Source: Girardia tigrina (taxonomy: Eukaryota). From it: a stretch of DNA of 54,855 bases. The position numbers and the translations under genes were made by a program. The stretch is from assembly GCA_001938485.1 (NCBI GenBank), contig MQRK01231233.1:40534-95388 (forward strand), given 5' to 3'. Of the stretch, positions 31,006-43,391 are shown one piece after another. How positions within the stretch are numbered: the first letter of the stretch is position 1; every line of letters starts with the position of its first letter. Below the pieces are notes generated by a model. The model was not told the origin of the DNA. It searched no databases and saw only the letters and a program-made list of their open reading frames with translations.

Positions 31006-31148
31006 TTTTCAAAATCGTGTCGGCAAAATTCAATGTTGTTATATTCAATTTATATATTTTAAAATGACACTATTTGATGGTATTCTTTCTCAAATAAAAC
31101 ACAAATTTCCAAATTCGTAAAGTTTACTTTTTTATTGATAAATAACAC

Positions 31149-31161
31149 GTTGCCATACAAC
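31149..31161. promoter_or_regulatory. RFX X-box-like motif GTTGCCATACAAC
   Basis: One perfect half-site (GTTGCC), an AT spacer and an imperfect second half-site, about 150 bp upstream of the LRRC46-like ORF. Confidence 0.5.
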
Positions 31162-32472
31162 ACTCAATTCAAACAATTTTTAATATTTTTTAACTTATAA
31201 TCACAAAAAAAAAACAAAATTCAACCCCACAATTTCCAATATATATAATAATTATAAAAAACAAAATTTAATTTCATAACTTCTAATTATATAATAAATT
31301 ATAATTTACTTATCAATTCTCAATATCCTCCATAATAAGTTTAAAAAGTTATTATTAATAACTACATACAACACTTTGAAAATTTATTACTATTAACAAA
31401 TCAATAATTAAAACAGCATAATTAAATAATATTGTTTTATAAAATTTTAATAATTAAAATTCAAATTGTTAATTTAAATTTTAATTATAAAATTCTATGA
31501 GAAGTAAAGTTGTTAACTTTACAGGAAAATTATTTATAAGAAATGTAGAGTGCTGAAAATATTTTAACAAGAGAATGTGAGATATTACAAAATTAAATTT
31601 TAGTGGACTTAATGAACGAAAGTAAAGTATTTTGCAATCAATAAATTATAAATTTTTATTATAAGAGTTAGCGAGTCGAAAAGAGGTTAACATTTGACCT
31701 TCATTTTATATTTATATATAAAATACCTTTGTGCTTAATTATCAGTTTATTTGGAAATATATTTTCATGTACAATTCTATCTTATAACAATTATTATTAT
31801 TATTATCATTATTATTATTATTACTATTCTTTTTTAAATATATCTGAAACCAAAGAAAACAGATTGTGTTAATTAAAATTTCTTATACAAATTATACTGA
31901 GATTTGCATTATTTTTCAAAAAATAATTTTATTTTCTAAAATATGATTGTATTTTTCTGTGACTGATTGTGAAATAATAATTATAAAATTTATTTTGATA
32001 ATTATTTTTTAAAATTTCATGATACAGAAAAAAGGTATTGTTTTAAGAAATAATGGATATTTTGAATTTTATTTGTCAAAATAAGCCTCATCTGAATGTA
32101 AAACCCTTGAGAAATTATTGACCAGTAAATCTTTTCTCGTTCAGATTATTAAGAACATTTAAACAAGTCCCATTTGAATTTTTATTACAATCACATTTAG
32201 AGTCATTATGACTCTCAGAAAGTATTTCATCGTTTATCATCTTTCTAATTGGTTTTCTTATTTCTGTTTTTAATCATGATTATTCGAACAATTTTTCTAA
32301 GTTATTTTTAAAAATATTTAACTTTTAAAAATATTAATTAAAAAATAATAATTTTTACAATTTCTCAATAAATCCAAAAATAATAAAAATGTCATCAAAT
32401 TATTAAAAATAAATTTAATTTAAATTTTACTAAAAATTATTAAACTTAATTTTAATTGTGAAATTAAAAATA

Positions 32473-32914
32473 CAGGTAGTCGTCGATTTACGACCACGAT
32501 TGGTTCCGACAGACCGGTCGTAACACGATTTGGTCGTAAGTTGAGGAGGCTATATGTACAGTACTGTGCAACTGGTACAACTGGTTTAATATTTGCAAAA
32601 CATACAAAATTACAAAATACAGGTTTAAAAAATACAATAGGAAACATTTTTTCAATTGCAAAACAACATATACAAATATATAGATATGTATGAAACATTT
32701 TATTGGCCGCTGGTGCTTGGCTGCGGATCATTGATGTCGTCATCTGAGGCAGCAGTTGGGGTTACCGGAGTTTGTTTTTTCATAAACATTGTGAGCTTTG
32801 TCTGAATTGTTTGTTTCTTTTTCTGGTATGCACTGTCGTACGCCGCGGCTAGCGATAGTGGTCGTAAAGTCGAATGGTCGTAAGTTGCATAGGTCGTAAA
32901 TCGACGACTACCTG
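32473..32914. mobile_element. Tigger/pogo-type MITE
   Basis: Perfect 23-bp TIR CAGGTAGTCGTCGATTTACGACC with TA TSD; no ORF. Confidence 0.92.
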
Positions 32915-33379
32915 TATGAACTTATCAAATGATTATTTTAATTATGTTCGAATAGTCAATGACTTTAAATTTAAATAAAAAATACCAATTTCTATCTGGG
33001 TGGGAGAATCACCATCCTAAAGTCAACATACTTAAATCAACATACAGCATCCATACATTTACACATTCAAACAATTTAAAATATTTCTCACACAGATAAA
33101 GGTATAGATGTAAGTACCATTATTTCGAGTAAAATAACTGTAATGCTCACTATTTTAATTAATTTTACCCGTGGAATTAGACATCCGAACTTCACATTTT
33201 TGGTCCCATCTTGTTTCAATCATTTCATGTTCCTCGATTCTGCGTTACCTTGCAACTTGAAATCACAAATAAATTGGAGTACAAAATACAAAAATGCAAT
33301 TATTATTTAATTAAAAAATAATTTACAATTTATTTAATGATAAAATGAAATCCGGATGATAACTTTTTATTGAAAACAA

Positions 33380-34950
33380 AACTCATCCATTAAAAAATAT
33401 ATTTAGTGACAATATATTTCGACGGATCAACCGTCATCTTTAGGTCACTAATTAATAATCGATTCACCTGTATATAAATACAAAAATGATGATTGTGTAA
33501 TCGATTTCATGAAATCATGCTAATCAAAAATTCTCAATAAGCTGGTTGAGACTGCTGATTGAACATTGATTTTAGGGCAACGTGACCTAATTAACAATGC
33601 TTCACACGACACTCTCCCAATAACTGTCAAAATGCTTACACAGAATTTTGAAATTATCAATATTAACATTACATTTACATTTTTTCTATGTTCTGCAATA
33701 TTACTCTTACTCTCTAGATATATCTAGATTCAAAATTAAAACATTTATTATCATCTGAATTTTTGTGTCGTGATAGTTTTGAATTTGCTGATTTCATTTC
33801 TAATTATAAAGTACAGAGTGAAGATGAATTTATGGTTTCTTTTGACATCTATAGTTTATTTACAAATGTTCCTTTGGTTGAAACTTTGAATTTGTGTTGT
33901 GATCTATGGAAAAATAATCATTCAGAACATCATATTGTCGACGAGGTTGGGTTTCGAGAGTTATTAAGCTTTGCAACATCAAATGTTCATTTCCTTTTTA
34001 ATAATGAGTGGTATAAGCAAAGTGATGGGGTTGCTATGGGTTCACCGTTAGCAGCAACGTTAGCTTCTGTTTTCCTTTCAAAGATTGAAAATAAAATTAA
34101 ATTGTTTGATGGAGATCAACCTTTAGTATATAAAAGATATGTTGATGATATATTTCTAGTTTTTAAAAATCAGGCTGATGTACTTCCATTTTTAATTTTT
34201 ATGAATTTGTTACATCCAAGTGTTACTTTTACAGTCCAAAATGAAAGGAATTGAGTCTTACCTTTTCTGGATCTTTTGGTTGAAAGAAAATCTCTTAGCT
34301 ACGAGACTGGAATTTATAGGAAGCAAACTGATACAGGTTTATATACTTCACCGGACAGTTTTTGTGAACTGAAGTATAAAAGAAACATGATTAAAGGTTT
34401 AATTTATCACTCCTGGTCGTTGTCTTCCACTTTTGTTAAATCTGTAGAAAGTGTTAATAAACTAAGTTCCTTGTTAAATCAGAATGGTTATTCTAAATCT
34501 TTTCTGGAAAAATTAATAAAGGAAACAGTAGATAAAATACTTTTAAAAGTTATTTCGAAAAATCAGAGTTTGGCTTCTCCTGATGGATCGAAAAGAGAAA
34601 TTGAAGTATCATTATATAGTAATAATGTGCCCAAATATTGCTTAACTGTACCTTATTCGGAAGGATTTAAAAACATTAAAAATGGATTGTTAAAAGTAAC
34701 GAACAATGAATTAAATTTAAAAATTATATCACGATCTCATATAATTCAAAATATGTTCAGTAATAAATCTATTACACCTTTAACACTTTGTTCTGATATT
34801 GTTTATGAGTATAAGTGTAATGGGTGCGATGCCACATACATTGGAGAGACTGCCCGTCATCTCTGTAAACGAATTCAAGAACATGGTCGAAAAGAGAGTA
34901 AGAGTAATATTGCAGAACATAGGAAAAATATAAATGTAATGTTAATATTG
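33380..34950 (+). mobile_element. Penelope-like element (RT plus GIY-YIG), 5'-truncated with an inverted 3' copy
   Basis: RT motifs SFDIYSLFTNVP, GVAMGSPL and RYVDDIF; GIY-YIG segment VYEYKC..C..YIGET.R.L..RIQEH; in-frame stop at 34254. About 33380-33680 is an inverted 3'-end copy with a hammerhead-like motif. Confidence 0.93.
33403..33451 (-). ncRNA. Minimal hammerhead motif with a core mutation
   Basis: TTAGTGAC-CTAAAGA-T-GACGG-ttgat-CCGTC-GAAA-TATA-TT-GTCACTAA: perfect 8-bp stem I, G-to-A change in the core. Confidence 0.65.
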
Positions 34951-37714
34951 ATAATTTCATTTAATGAGCTGATTATTTTGTTTTTTTTGAAAATGTATTG
35001 TTTTTGTAAATAAACATTAAATAAAAATTTTCGTTCTCAATCATGAAAGTAACATTTTTCAACGATCATCAATTTGGAAAAATCGTTGTTGAATTGAACG
35101 AAAGAATCAAAAAATGCGCTTATCACTAACTTTCAAAGAACTCTTTGACCTTCTCAAAGGTCAAATTTCCTTCTTCTTTGGAAATCACTAAACATCAAAT
35201 AAAACGGAAATCTTATATCGTAAGTATGCATAAAATATTACTGTAATGTTATTAATGAAAGTAGCTTCTATTAAGTCCTACTTATTAATAATAAATAATA
35301 AAAATTTTATACAAAACAAAGTGTTTTATTGTGTTAAATTTTTTTAAAAATTAATCTAATTTTTAAATAAATGTCAAAAAAAATCTATTTCTTAAATTAC
35401 CCTATGGTTAATTTGTTAACATTAATAATTTGTTTGTTTTTGTTAAATGAATTAATTATAAATTTGTTTTACTGTTAAAATACTTTTTCAAATTTTTTTC
35501 GATTCACTTTAGTCTATTATTATAATAATTATAAATAAAGAAATTTATTCAACACATTGCTGTCAATGTAAGGTTTTCCGTGACAAGATGCTATTCCCGC
35601 GGCGCGGCGTAGATTTCCGCGGGCCGCGGTAAACAGAGGGCCCTGCTTATTATTGAGTGTTAATGTTTTAAAAGAATGAAATTTTAATGATATTAGTAGG
35701 TAGTGATCAAAATAAAAATATAAAAGCATGAGTATTTAGCATTGTGGAGATTCGAGACACGAGGAAAGTCTCATAAAACATTTAAAATTGTGGAAATAAA
35801 TTAATGAATAAATAAATCCAACGACAAATTACAGAGAAATTTGAAAATCAAAAATGTATATTTTTTATTATCCAAAACAAAATTTTGCTGAATATTAAAA
35901 CAAGATTGTTTTTTAAATTAATTTTAAGAATTAATTTAATTTGTTGATCCACTTTATTTTTGAATCCCATGATAAAGAAGCAACAGTAAAAACTGGGTAA
36001 AAAGTTCTTTTTGGTAAAAATTTATTGCTGGTAAGAATTTATTGAAGGTTAGAATTTATTTATGGTTAAAAATTATTAATGATAAAAATTTATTGATTAT
36101 AAAAAATTTTAATAATTTATTAGACTCATAAATTGTTTTGGGATGTGGAAATTCACGATAAAAAATTGTTGATTAATGGTCACTACAAGCATAATTACCA
36201 TAAATAAGTGAGGTAATTACATGGACAATTTTTAGATGGTATGAAGGATGGTGTCATTGGTTATAATCCTAAGGATTAGTTAAATTCGAATTAGAAATTG
36301 TAAAGTTATACTTCAAATGCGTCAAAATCCTGTTACAGCATTGAGTCTGTAGTGGTTGATTATTTTGTTGACGCTTAATTTTTTGATACAAATTCATGAT
36401 TCTCGCACATGAAAGACATTTCAGCTCAAAATATTCCTTCACATGTTTTTAATCTCTCAATCCCACATGATTTTTCCACATATTTATTCTCCAAAAATTA
36501 TACAAATGACACTAATAATGTTAATTTATTAAATATTTGTTCCACATTACAAATATTATTTTGTGGGTGATCACAAATGACTTGTTCGGTAATGAACCAC
36601 TCACACTTGATATGATCGGCCCTTGAACCCGGCGAAGAACTAATGATCCGTATTTCAGATAAGAGAACTGTCGGCCTATCCCTATAAACAGTAAAGGACA
36701 AATCTTGATCACCCACGTACATCCCATCTTGATTCACAAAATGGGAATAATTTGATATTTATACACAAACGGATTCAAAGCGATTTAGACACTGTAGCCT
36801 CTGTAGACAAATATGTATGATTCTGTACATTAGTCATTAAGTGAATGACAATCCCATGGATACTTTATGGCATATTTAATCATATTTATTCATTAAATTA
36901 TTGTTGATGTTTATAATTAAATTAATTTATTATTTATTCCTGTTTTGATGTGATTTGGCTTTCACATAATCGGGAAACAATATGCACGATAATGAGGCTT
37001 GGATTATTTTGTGAAAGAGAATTGAAAAATAATTCATTCCAAAATTGATAAATCTTATTTTTTCAATTTGAGACAAATGCTGAAAGCAATTTAAAATATT
37101 TTGTGATAAAAATTGGTTCATGAATTATTCATAAATTCTATTTTATTTTAGTTCGTATGGAGAGTGATTTCGTTTACAATTTTCTAGAAAAAAATAATAT
37201 TTTTATTTAATTAGAGACTTACACAAATAAAATATTTTGTGTGGATAAAGAGAGCGAAAAGAATTAATGAAAGACATTTTCCCACATGATTAATTAAAAC
37301 TGCAATATTCCATCATATTCTTTCCTTTGTTGGACATTCCTTATGCGTTATTTATATTTTCGTTAATCATTTACGACCAACGTTATTTATATAAAGTATA
37401 TTTCATTGTGTTTCATTACTACTTCTAATTTTCTCCTATTTACGGATAGAAAAGTTTACTGTATTTTTAAGAATTCTTTACTATTATTCGTATTTGATTT
37501 TCCTCAATTATTTTTATAAATACTAATCAAATATTTCATATCCTCTGGTAAAAAGTATGTAAGTAATAAGGTAAGAAAATATAAACAATATTTAGATTAC
37601 TAATCTTATCTAATTCGCATAATATACAATATAACAAGAAATTTAAAAAACAATGGCAATTTGAAATCATAAAACCTTTTAGCCTTCATTTTTAACATTT
37701 ATTTTAGTAATTAA

Positions 37715-37939
37715 CCACTTCTGTGGTCAACCTCTTGGAAAAAAGTGGGTCAAAAAAAGCCACCTTTTTTTTACTATTATGTTTTTTTTATCATATTTTG
37801 AAATATAATAAATCGGTATAAGCTGGATTTGGGCAAATCACTATAAAAAGTTTCGTGTATGATTTGCCCGAATCCAGTTCGGGCAAATCACTGTGTCAGC
37901 AAAATACCTACCCGAATGGTATTCGGGCAAATCAAGTGG
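37715..37939. mobile_element. piggyBac-type MITE
   Basis: TTAA|CCACTT ... AAGTGG|TTAA, with internal direct and inverted GGGCAAATCA repeats. Confidence 0.6.
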
Positions 37940-38273
37940 TTAATTTCGACGGATTAATCAATGAATAGTAATAATAAAATCATGAAAATGTGATTTCCTC
38001 ATCCGCTAATATAAATCATAATCCGCTTGAATCAAAAGCTTCCCATTAACCTTCTCTTCCAACATTTTCAAATTGAACTTTAGTGATACAAATGATCGCG
38101 CTATTATCACTTTCATATAAACTATCAAACTAATGTTAATTTAGTCCTTTGATTGCGGGTAATCAACCAAAATTAAATACAATAAATGTTGAAAATGGTT
38201 TTCAATATTTTTTAACAATAACTACATTTATAATTGACTCCAGCTGTATGATGAAAGATGGTATGTAACTATA

Positions 38274-41208
38274 CGTAGGCTGTCCAAAAAGTTCGTAGCC
38301 TAAAAATAAAAAAAATATAAATTTGAAAAGATATATTTATTTACATTATTACATTTTTCCAACGTTTTTCTAACAATTTTATCCTTTAATTAATGATTTT
38401 CCTCGAGCTCTGCAAAATAACCATTTACAGCTGCAATAGCTTCATCATTCGATGTGAAAAGCTTTCCAGTAAGGAACTTTTTTAGATTAGGAAAAAAATA
38501 ATTGTTACTGGAAGCCAAATCTGGTGAATACGGTGGAGTATCAAGCTATTTGTACTTATATTCATTCAATTAAGCCATCGTCAAACCACTTACTTTTTTT
38601 TTACGCCAAACAATGTTGTTTCTCACAAATTATTACAACATCCAGTTGATTTAACAGTTGATACAACATCCAGTCTTGAGTAATATTCTGAGTTGACTGT
38701 TTTACCTTTTTCAAGATAATCGATCAATAAAACACATTTTTAATTCCAAAAAAATTGTTGCCATAAACTTCACGGCTGATTGAACTGTTTTAACCTTCTT
38801 TGGTGCACTTTCATCATCTTCAATTCATTGTTTTGACTGTTGTTTTGTTTCTGATGTATAATAGTGAGGGTGACCAAAAGTCAATAAAGTCAAAATTGAA
38901 ATGCAAAGTTATTTTTAAAAATTATACACAAATCTTATTTTTTAAGTGCAACCACATGGTGAAGGAAGTTATTAGGTCTAAATAAGGTCAAAATATTGAA
39001 AAATGCTTATTGTTGATTATTTAAAATAATAAATACACAATAAAAATTAAAAAAGCGAGAAATTTTTTTAATAAGTTCTATTTCATTGAAATAAATTTCT
39101 CGTTTTTTAATTTTTATTGTATATTTATTTATAACCATATAAAAATTAAAATGTAATTGTTTAAATTTATAATTTTTGTTCTACAATTTGCTAATAGCAC
39201 CTGTTTTAAAATGCACAAGATTAAAGAAAATGATACCCCTAAATTGCGCAAACTAAAAGCCGAATTTCCATTGGAATTTACTGACTCTCCGAATAAGCAA
39301 TTATATTCCAAGTTATGTGAATGTATCTGCGTGCAGAGCCAATATGAAGAGAATTAGTTTGGAAGAAAAACATGCTGTGAAAAATAAACTTATTGGAAAA
39401 CAAATATTCATGATCGTGTATGAAAGTGAGATTCATAATAATAAATATTTTTGTATATTAGTTGGAACATTAGTTGAGCCATCTAAAACATCGGTTTTGG
39501 AATGTCTGCAGTTGGCTACTTCTATCAACAGTAACTTAGTTGCTCAGCATATTGATGATGCTATTCGTTTTATTGATATTCCCAGGGAAAAATTCTGCTT
39601 ACTACTTACCGATGCAGCAACATATATGATATTATATGGTACTATTTTAAAAGCTATGTATCCATCAATAGTGCACGTCACATGTGTTGCACATCTGTGG
39701 CACAATTGTGCTCTAAGAATTCTTGCATCCTGTCCTGCAGTCGATGATCTAATAGCAATAATAAAAGCAGCTCTTGTTAAAAATCGTGATCGTCGTCTGC
39801 TTTTTTGATGAAATCGGACAAATACCTCAGCCGATACTTACACATTGTGGGACATGGCTTAGAGCAGCGATCTGGTACTCAGATCATTTGTCTGCAATTC
39901 GACATATTATCGAGAAAATCACAGATGGTGGAGTTCTTATTACCGGTGTTAGAACAGCCTTAACATATGAGAATTTAGTAGAACAGTTGATAAACATCAC
40001 AAAATATGCTTGTTTGTTAAACTATGTTGAAGTGACCCAAAGCAGCTCATATACTATAAGAGCAGCGTACAATGATTTAAGTACGGTATCTTTTCAAGAT
40101 TATCCGTTCAATATAACTGGTTACGTAGTAAAACGTTTAGAAAAGAACGAAATACTTGATGTTCTCCATCATAAAGGACTGCATATTTCTCCCATCACTT
40201 ATTCGTTGCTGTTTAACTGTCAACCCACCTCGGTTAATGTTGAACGCTGCTTTTCTATTCTTGGTAAAATTTTGCGGAAAGATAGGAATTTTATTCAATC
40301 AAATGCTGTTCACTATTTGCGTTTAGCATATAATAAAAACAAGGAAGATTAATGACATCCACTAATACTTCTTTTGTGTTTAGAAAAAATAAATTTGGTT
40401 TGGATTAAGTCTTTTTTCTATCTTAAAGATGTTCAGATAAGATAATTTGTATTAACTCTGTGTTATATTAAACTTTTTAATATTAAAAAAATAAAGTCAA
40501 ATATCTGTGATAATAAAGTCTAGAAATATATTTTTAAGTCAATTTTAAGGTCACCCTGTTAATAGTAGATCCGTGTTTCATCTGCATATATAAAACGACG
40601 TTTAAAATCCACTTTATTTTGTCTAAAACGATCCAAACAAGCTTGAGAATTTCTCAATCGAAAGCTTTTTTGATCGATCGTTAACAAATGTGGCACCCAT
40701 CTTGCGCAAAGCTTTTTTATATTTAATTCTTTATGCAAAATATATCCAACTCGATCTTTTGAGATGCATATTGTATCAGCTATTTCACGTACTTTGACAC
40801 ACCTATCATCTAACACCATATCATATACTTCACGAACGATTTCTGGTGTTGTCGCAGTTTTTGGACGTCTACTAAGTGGTTCATCTTCAATGCTTTTACG
40901 ACCACATTTAAATTCTGAAATCCAATTTTTTAATGTGGCATACGAAGGAAAACTTTCACGTAACACATTCAACGTATCAATATGAATTTCCTCTCCTTTT
41001 AATCCTTACATAAATTAATATTTATCGATTACTAAAAAAGTCAATATCAAGTCAATTTTAAATGGCTTTTAAACAAAGAAAGAAATGACACATCATAAAG
41101 AAATTTTGTGTGTTCATATGACATATATGACTTTCTAACACACCTATCTTTTTTGCAGTTTATAGCGCCATATCTGTGTTAGGCTGTGAACTTTTCGGAC
41201 AGCTTACG
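38274..41208 (-). mobile_element. Mariner element interrupted by a hAT element
   Basis: Imperfect 30-bp TIRs (CGTAGGCTGTCCAAAAAGTTCGTAGCCTAA) with TA TSD. Motifs WVPHLL, DETRIYY|YTSETKQQSKQ across the insertion, and PPYSPDLASS. Confidence 0.93.
38866..40558 (+). mobile_element. hAT-superfamily transposon, frameshifted
   Basis: TIRs GAGGGTGACC/GGTCACCCTG and an 8-bp TSD ATAATAGT/TTAATAGT. ORF pieces contain TDAATYM, HVTCVAHLWH and PTSVNVERCFS. Confidence 0.9.
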
Positions 41209-42375
41209 TATTAATCAAACAGAAACGTATCACAAAACACATTCATATATCCTCAAACATCATTCAAACATCTTTAAATAACCCTTGCATCGTGCAAAAG
41301 GCTTTTTATTGTTTTGTCACATTTGTTGATTCTATGCAAATAACTATTAATTGGTTCTTATAAAAATCGACTTTTCAAAGAAAATTCAAAATTTTGAAAA
41401 ATAAGAAAATTAAGGAGGTTAGTAATTTTAAAAATCCATGACTTTGTAATGCATATGATTTTATTTGTCAGACGCATTTGTTAAAAATGTTGTCGTGCAA
41501 AAGGGGAAAGATTTTTAAGTTTTTATTATCCTAACTTTAGTAAACTTTCAAGAATAAATAAGATCAATATTTCACTTCAACTGTAAGTAAGATTTATCAA
41601 TAATTTCCTTTCAAAGACATTCCCCTTGTCTTCGTTCATTTGCACATTGACAGTTGAATTATTTATCAATATTATTTTAATTTCTCCCAGTCAAATCATT
41701 TTTTATTTATTATTTTTTCAATATTTTCAATTATAGCAATAATTATATTTGATGCTTTTTATTTCCATTTTTATATCATTTAGTAGACAGAAATAATAGT
41801 TAAGTATTTATTAACATCATCAATATTATTTTTCGAACATTTATTACTATTACAAGTAAAATTATAATCACAACAATTTTTCAAATCACTTTCACTATTT
41901 GACATCTCTCTTGCTTAATATTTATCCTAATGCATAAAAACAAATCGGAAAATATTTATAATATAAATTAATTATCAGAACTCTCATTGGTTGAAATCAA
42001 ATATAAACATTTTGAAAAAGAGGTATTAATTAAATTAATATATTAAAATTTTAAATTACATTAAAAAATTAAATATTACATTTTAAAATTTAAATATTAT
42101 ATTTGAAACATATTTTAAATATTTGTCCTTTAAAATTAAATTAAATTATTTTCAATTAGTATGAATCAAAGAAAATACCAATCAGTCATCTTGGCAAGAG
42201 AGATACAATCCTTATCAACACACAACATACAAAATATAAAACAAATAAATCAGAAATAAAATAAATAATAATGCAGTATTAAAATAAATTCACAAAACTA
42301 TCAAATAAAGCATTTACTATTTTTTTGATTTAATTTTAATTTATTTTTTATTTTAATTTCTCTTCTTATATTAAG

Positions 42376-42618
42376 ACATGAACAAGAGGTTTCATCAGCG
42401 ACATTGGCTATGTTTACTGTAGACCATAAGTCAAACAAGGAGCTAAGAACATATTTGGCGACCATAGCTGACCAAACCCAATTTAATGTCGACAACAAGA
42501 ACCCCCGTAGTATAGGAAGTCGAAGTCCACCAGTTGTTGTAATTCTGGATAATTTGCATCATGTGAATTCTTTGGCAGAAATCTTCGACAGTTTTCTCAG
42601 TTCTAATATACAAAATAG
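42376..42618 (+). CDS. NAV: Neuron navigator exon (FTVDHKSNKELRTYL...VVILDNLHHV, Walker B-like)
   Basis: Phase-2 join to 22642 across a 19.7 kb intron. NAV motifs FNVDHKSSKELRQYL and VIILDNLHHV. Confidence 0.95.
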
Positions 42619-42664
42619 GTACAATTTGTCTTTTGATAAAAATGAATATCAATGATAATTATAG

Positions 42665-42736
42665 GCCTTACGTTATTGGTACCATGACTCAAGCTTCATT
42701 CTCTAACACCAACCTGCAAGCTCACCATAATTTCAG
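42665..42736 (+). CDS. NAV: Neuron navigator exon (PYVIGTMTQ...NLQAHHNFR)
   Basis: Follows a 46-nt intron; gtaag donor. NAV motif PYIIGTMNQ...NLQLHHNFR. Confidence 0.92.
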
Positions 42737-43391
42737 GTAAGATTTTTGATGACTCTATACATTTATTCATTCATTTGTGAATTGCTATTTCAACTTATGA
42801 ATGAAAAAGCAAATTTTTTTTAATTTGATTTTTATTTTTTAATCATTTAATAAACGTTGTGTTTATTTATTATAAAGGTAAAGAGAACTCATTGAGAAAC
42901 TTGATCTCAGGCTTATAATTGTGTTAAAAAGTAAACCTGGGAGAGTTTATGTTAGGATTAAAAGTTTATTCTGTTAATTGTCAACATTTATTTATTATCT
43001 CACAATACATACCTTTTTATAAAATATTGTATAAAGCATTATAGTTTTAGATATATCTAAGAGATTATAGTTTTCTAAAATGACTTTTAAGAGTAAAGTG
43101 TTCCTCTGGTAAATCGATGGACGTCGGCCCTCTCACATAAGTTTATATATTACTACAGCAAATTTTGTATAAAAGTGATGAAGTAAATAACAATTCTTTC
43201 TCCAAGACATAATTCAAGATTTGACATTTCTGACATTAAGAACACTTCATAAATTGCTGTTAATTGAGAACATAACAAATATTTTGTTTGTGTCATTAAA
43301 AAGAATGTTAAGTTTATGTTAATACTGTTTCCAGATAATTTGAAAATAGAAGTTTTATACAAAAAATTAAAAAATGATGGCAACTTATTTT

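Larger units (their letters stand above)
26507..31523 (-). mobile_element. Ty3/gypsy LTR retrotransposon, structurally complete but frameshifted, with a host-gene insert in the 5' LTR
   Basis: 3' LTR at 26507-26703 (TGTAAAG...CTCACA on the minus strand). 5' LTR split into 31325-31523 and 30293-30305. PBS TGGTGTCAGAAGCGG at 30277-30291. Domains in gypsy order: gag (KLPPF..WFRQVEA), protease (LIDTGAD), RT (YIDDVII), RNase H, integrase (HMDIVGP, IDRLKP). Flanks GGAAT/GGAAA resemble a TSD. Confidence 0.95.

Noticed and set aside
36190-36880. Coding-like composition with short minus-strand ORFs
   Set aside because: No recognisable domain or splice structure; would need BLASTX.
37820-37935. Short repeated GGGCAAATCA units resembling a CRISPR array
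   Set aside because: Eukaryotic context, mixed orientation, irregular spacing, and location inside a TTAA-flanked MITE.
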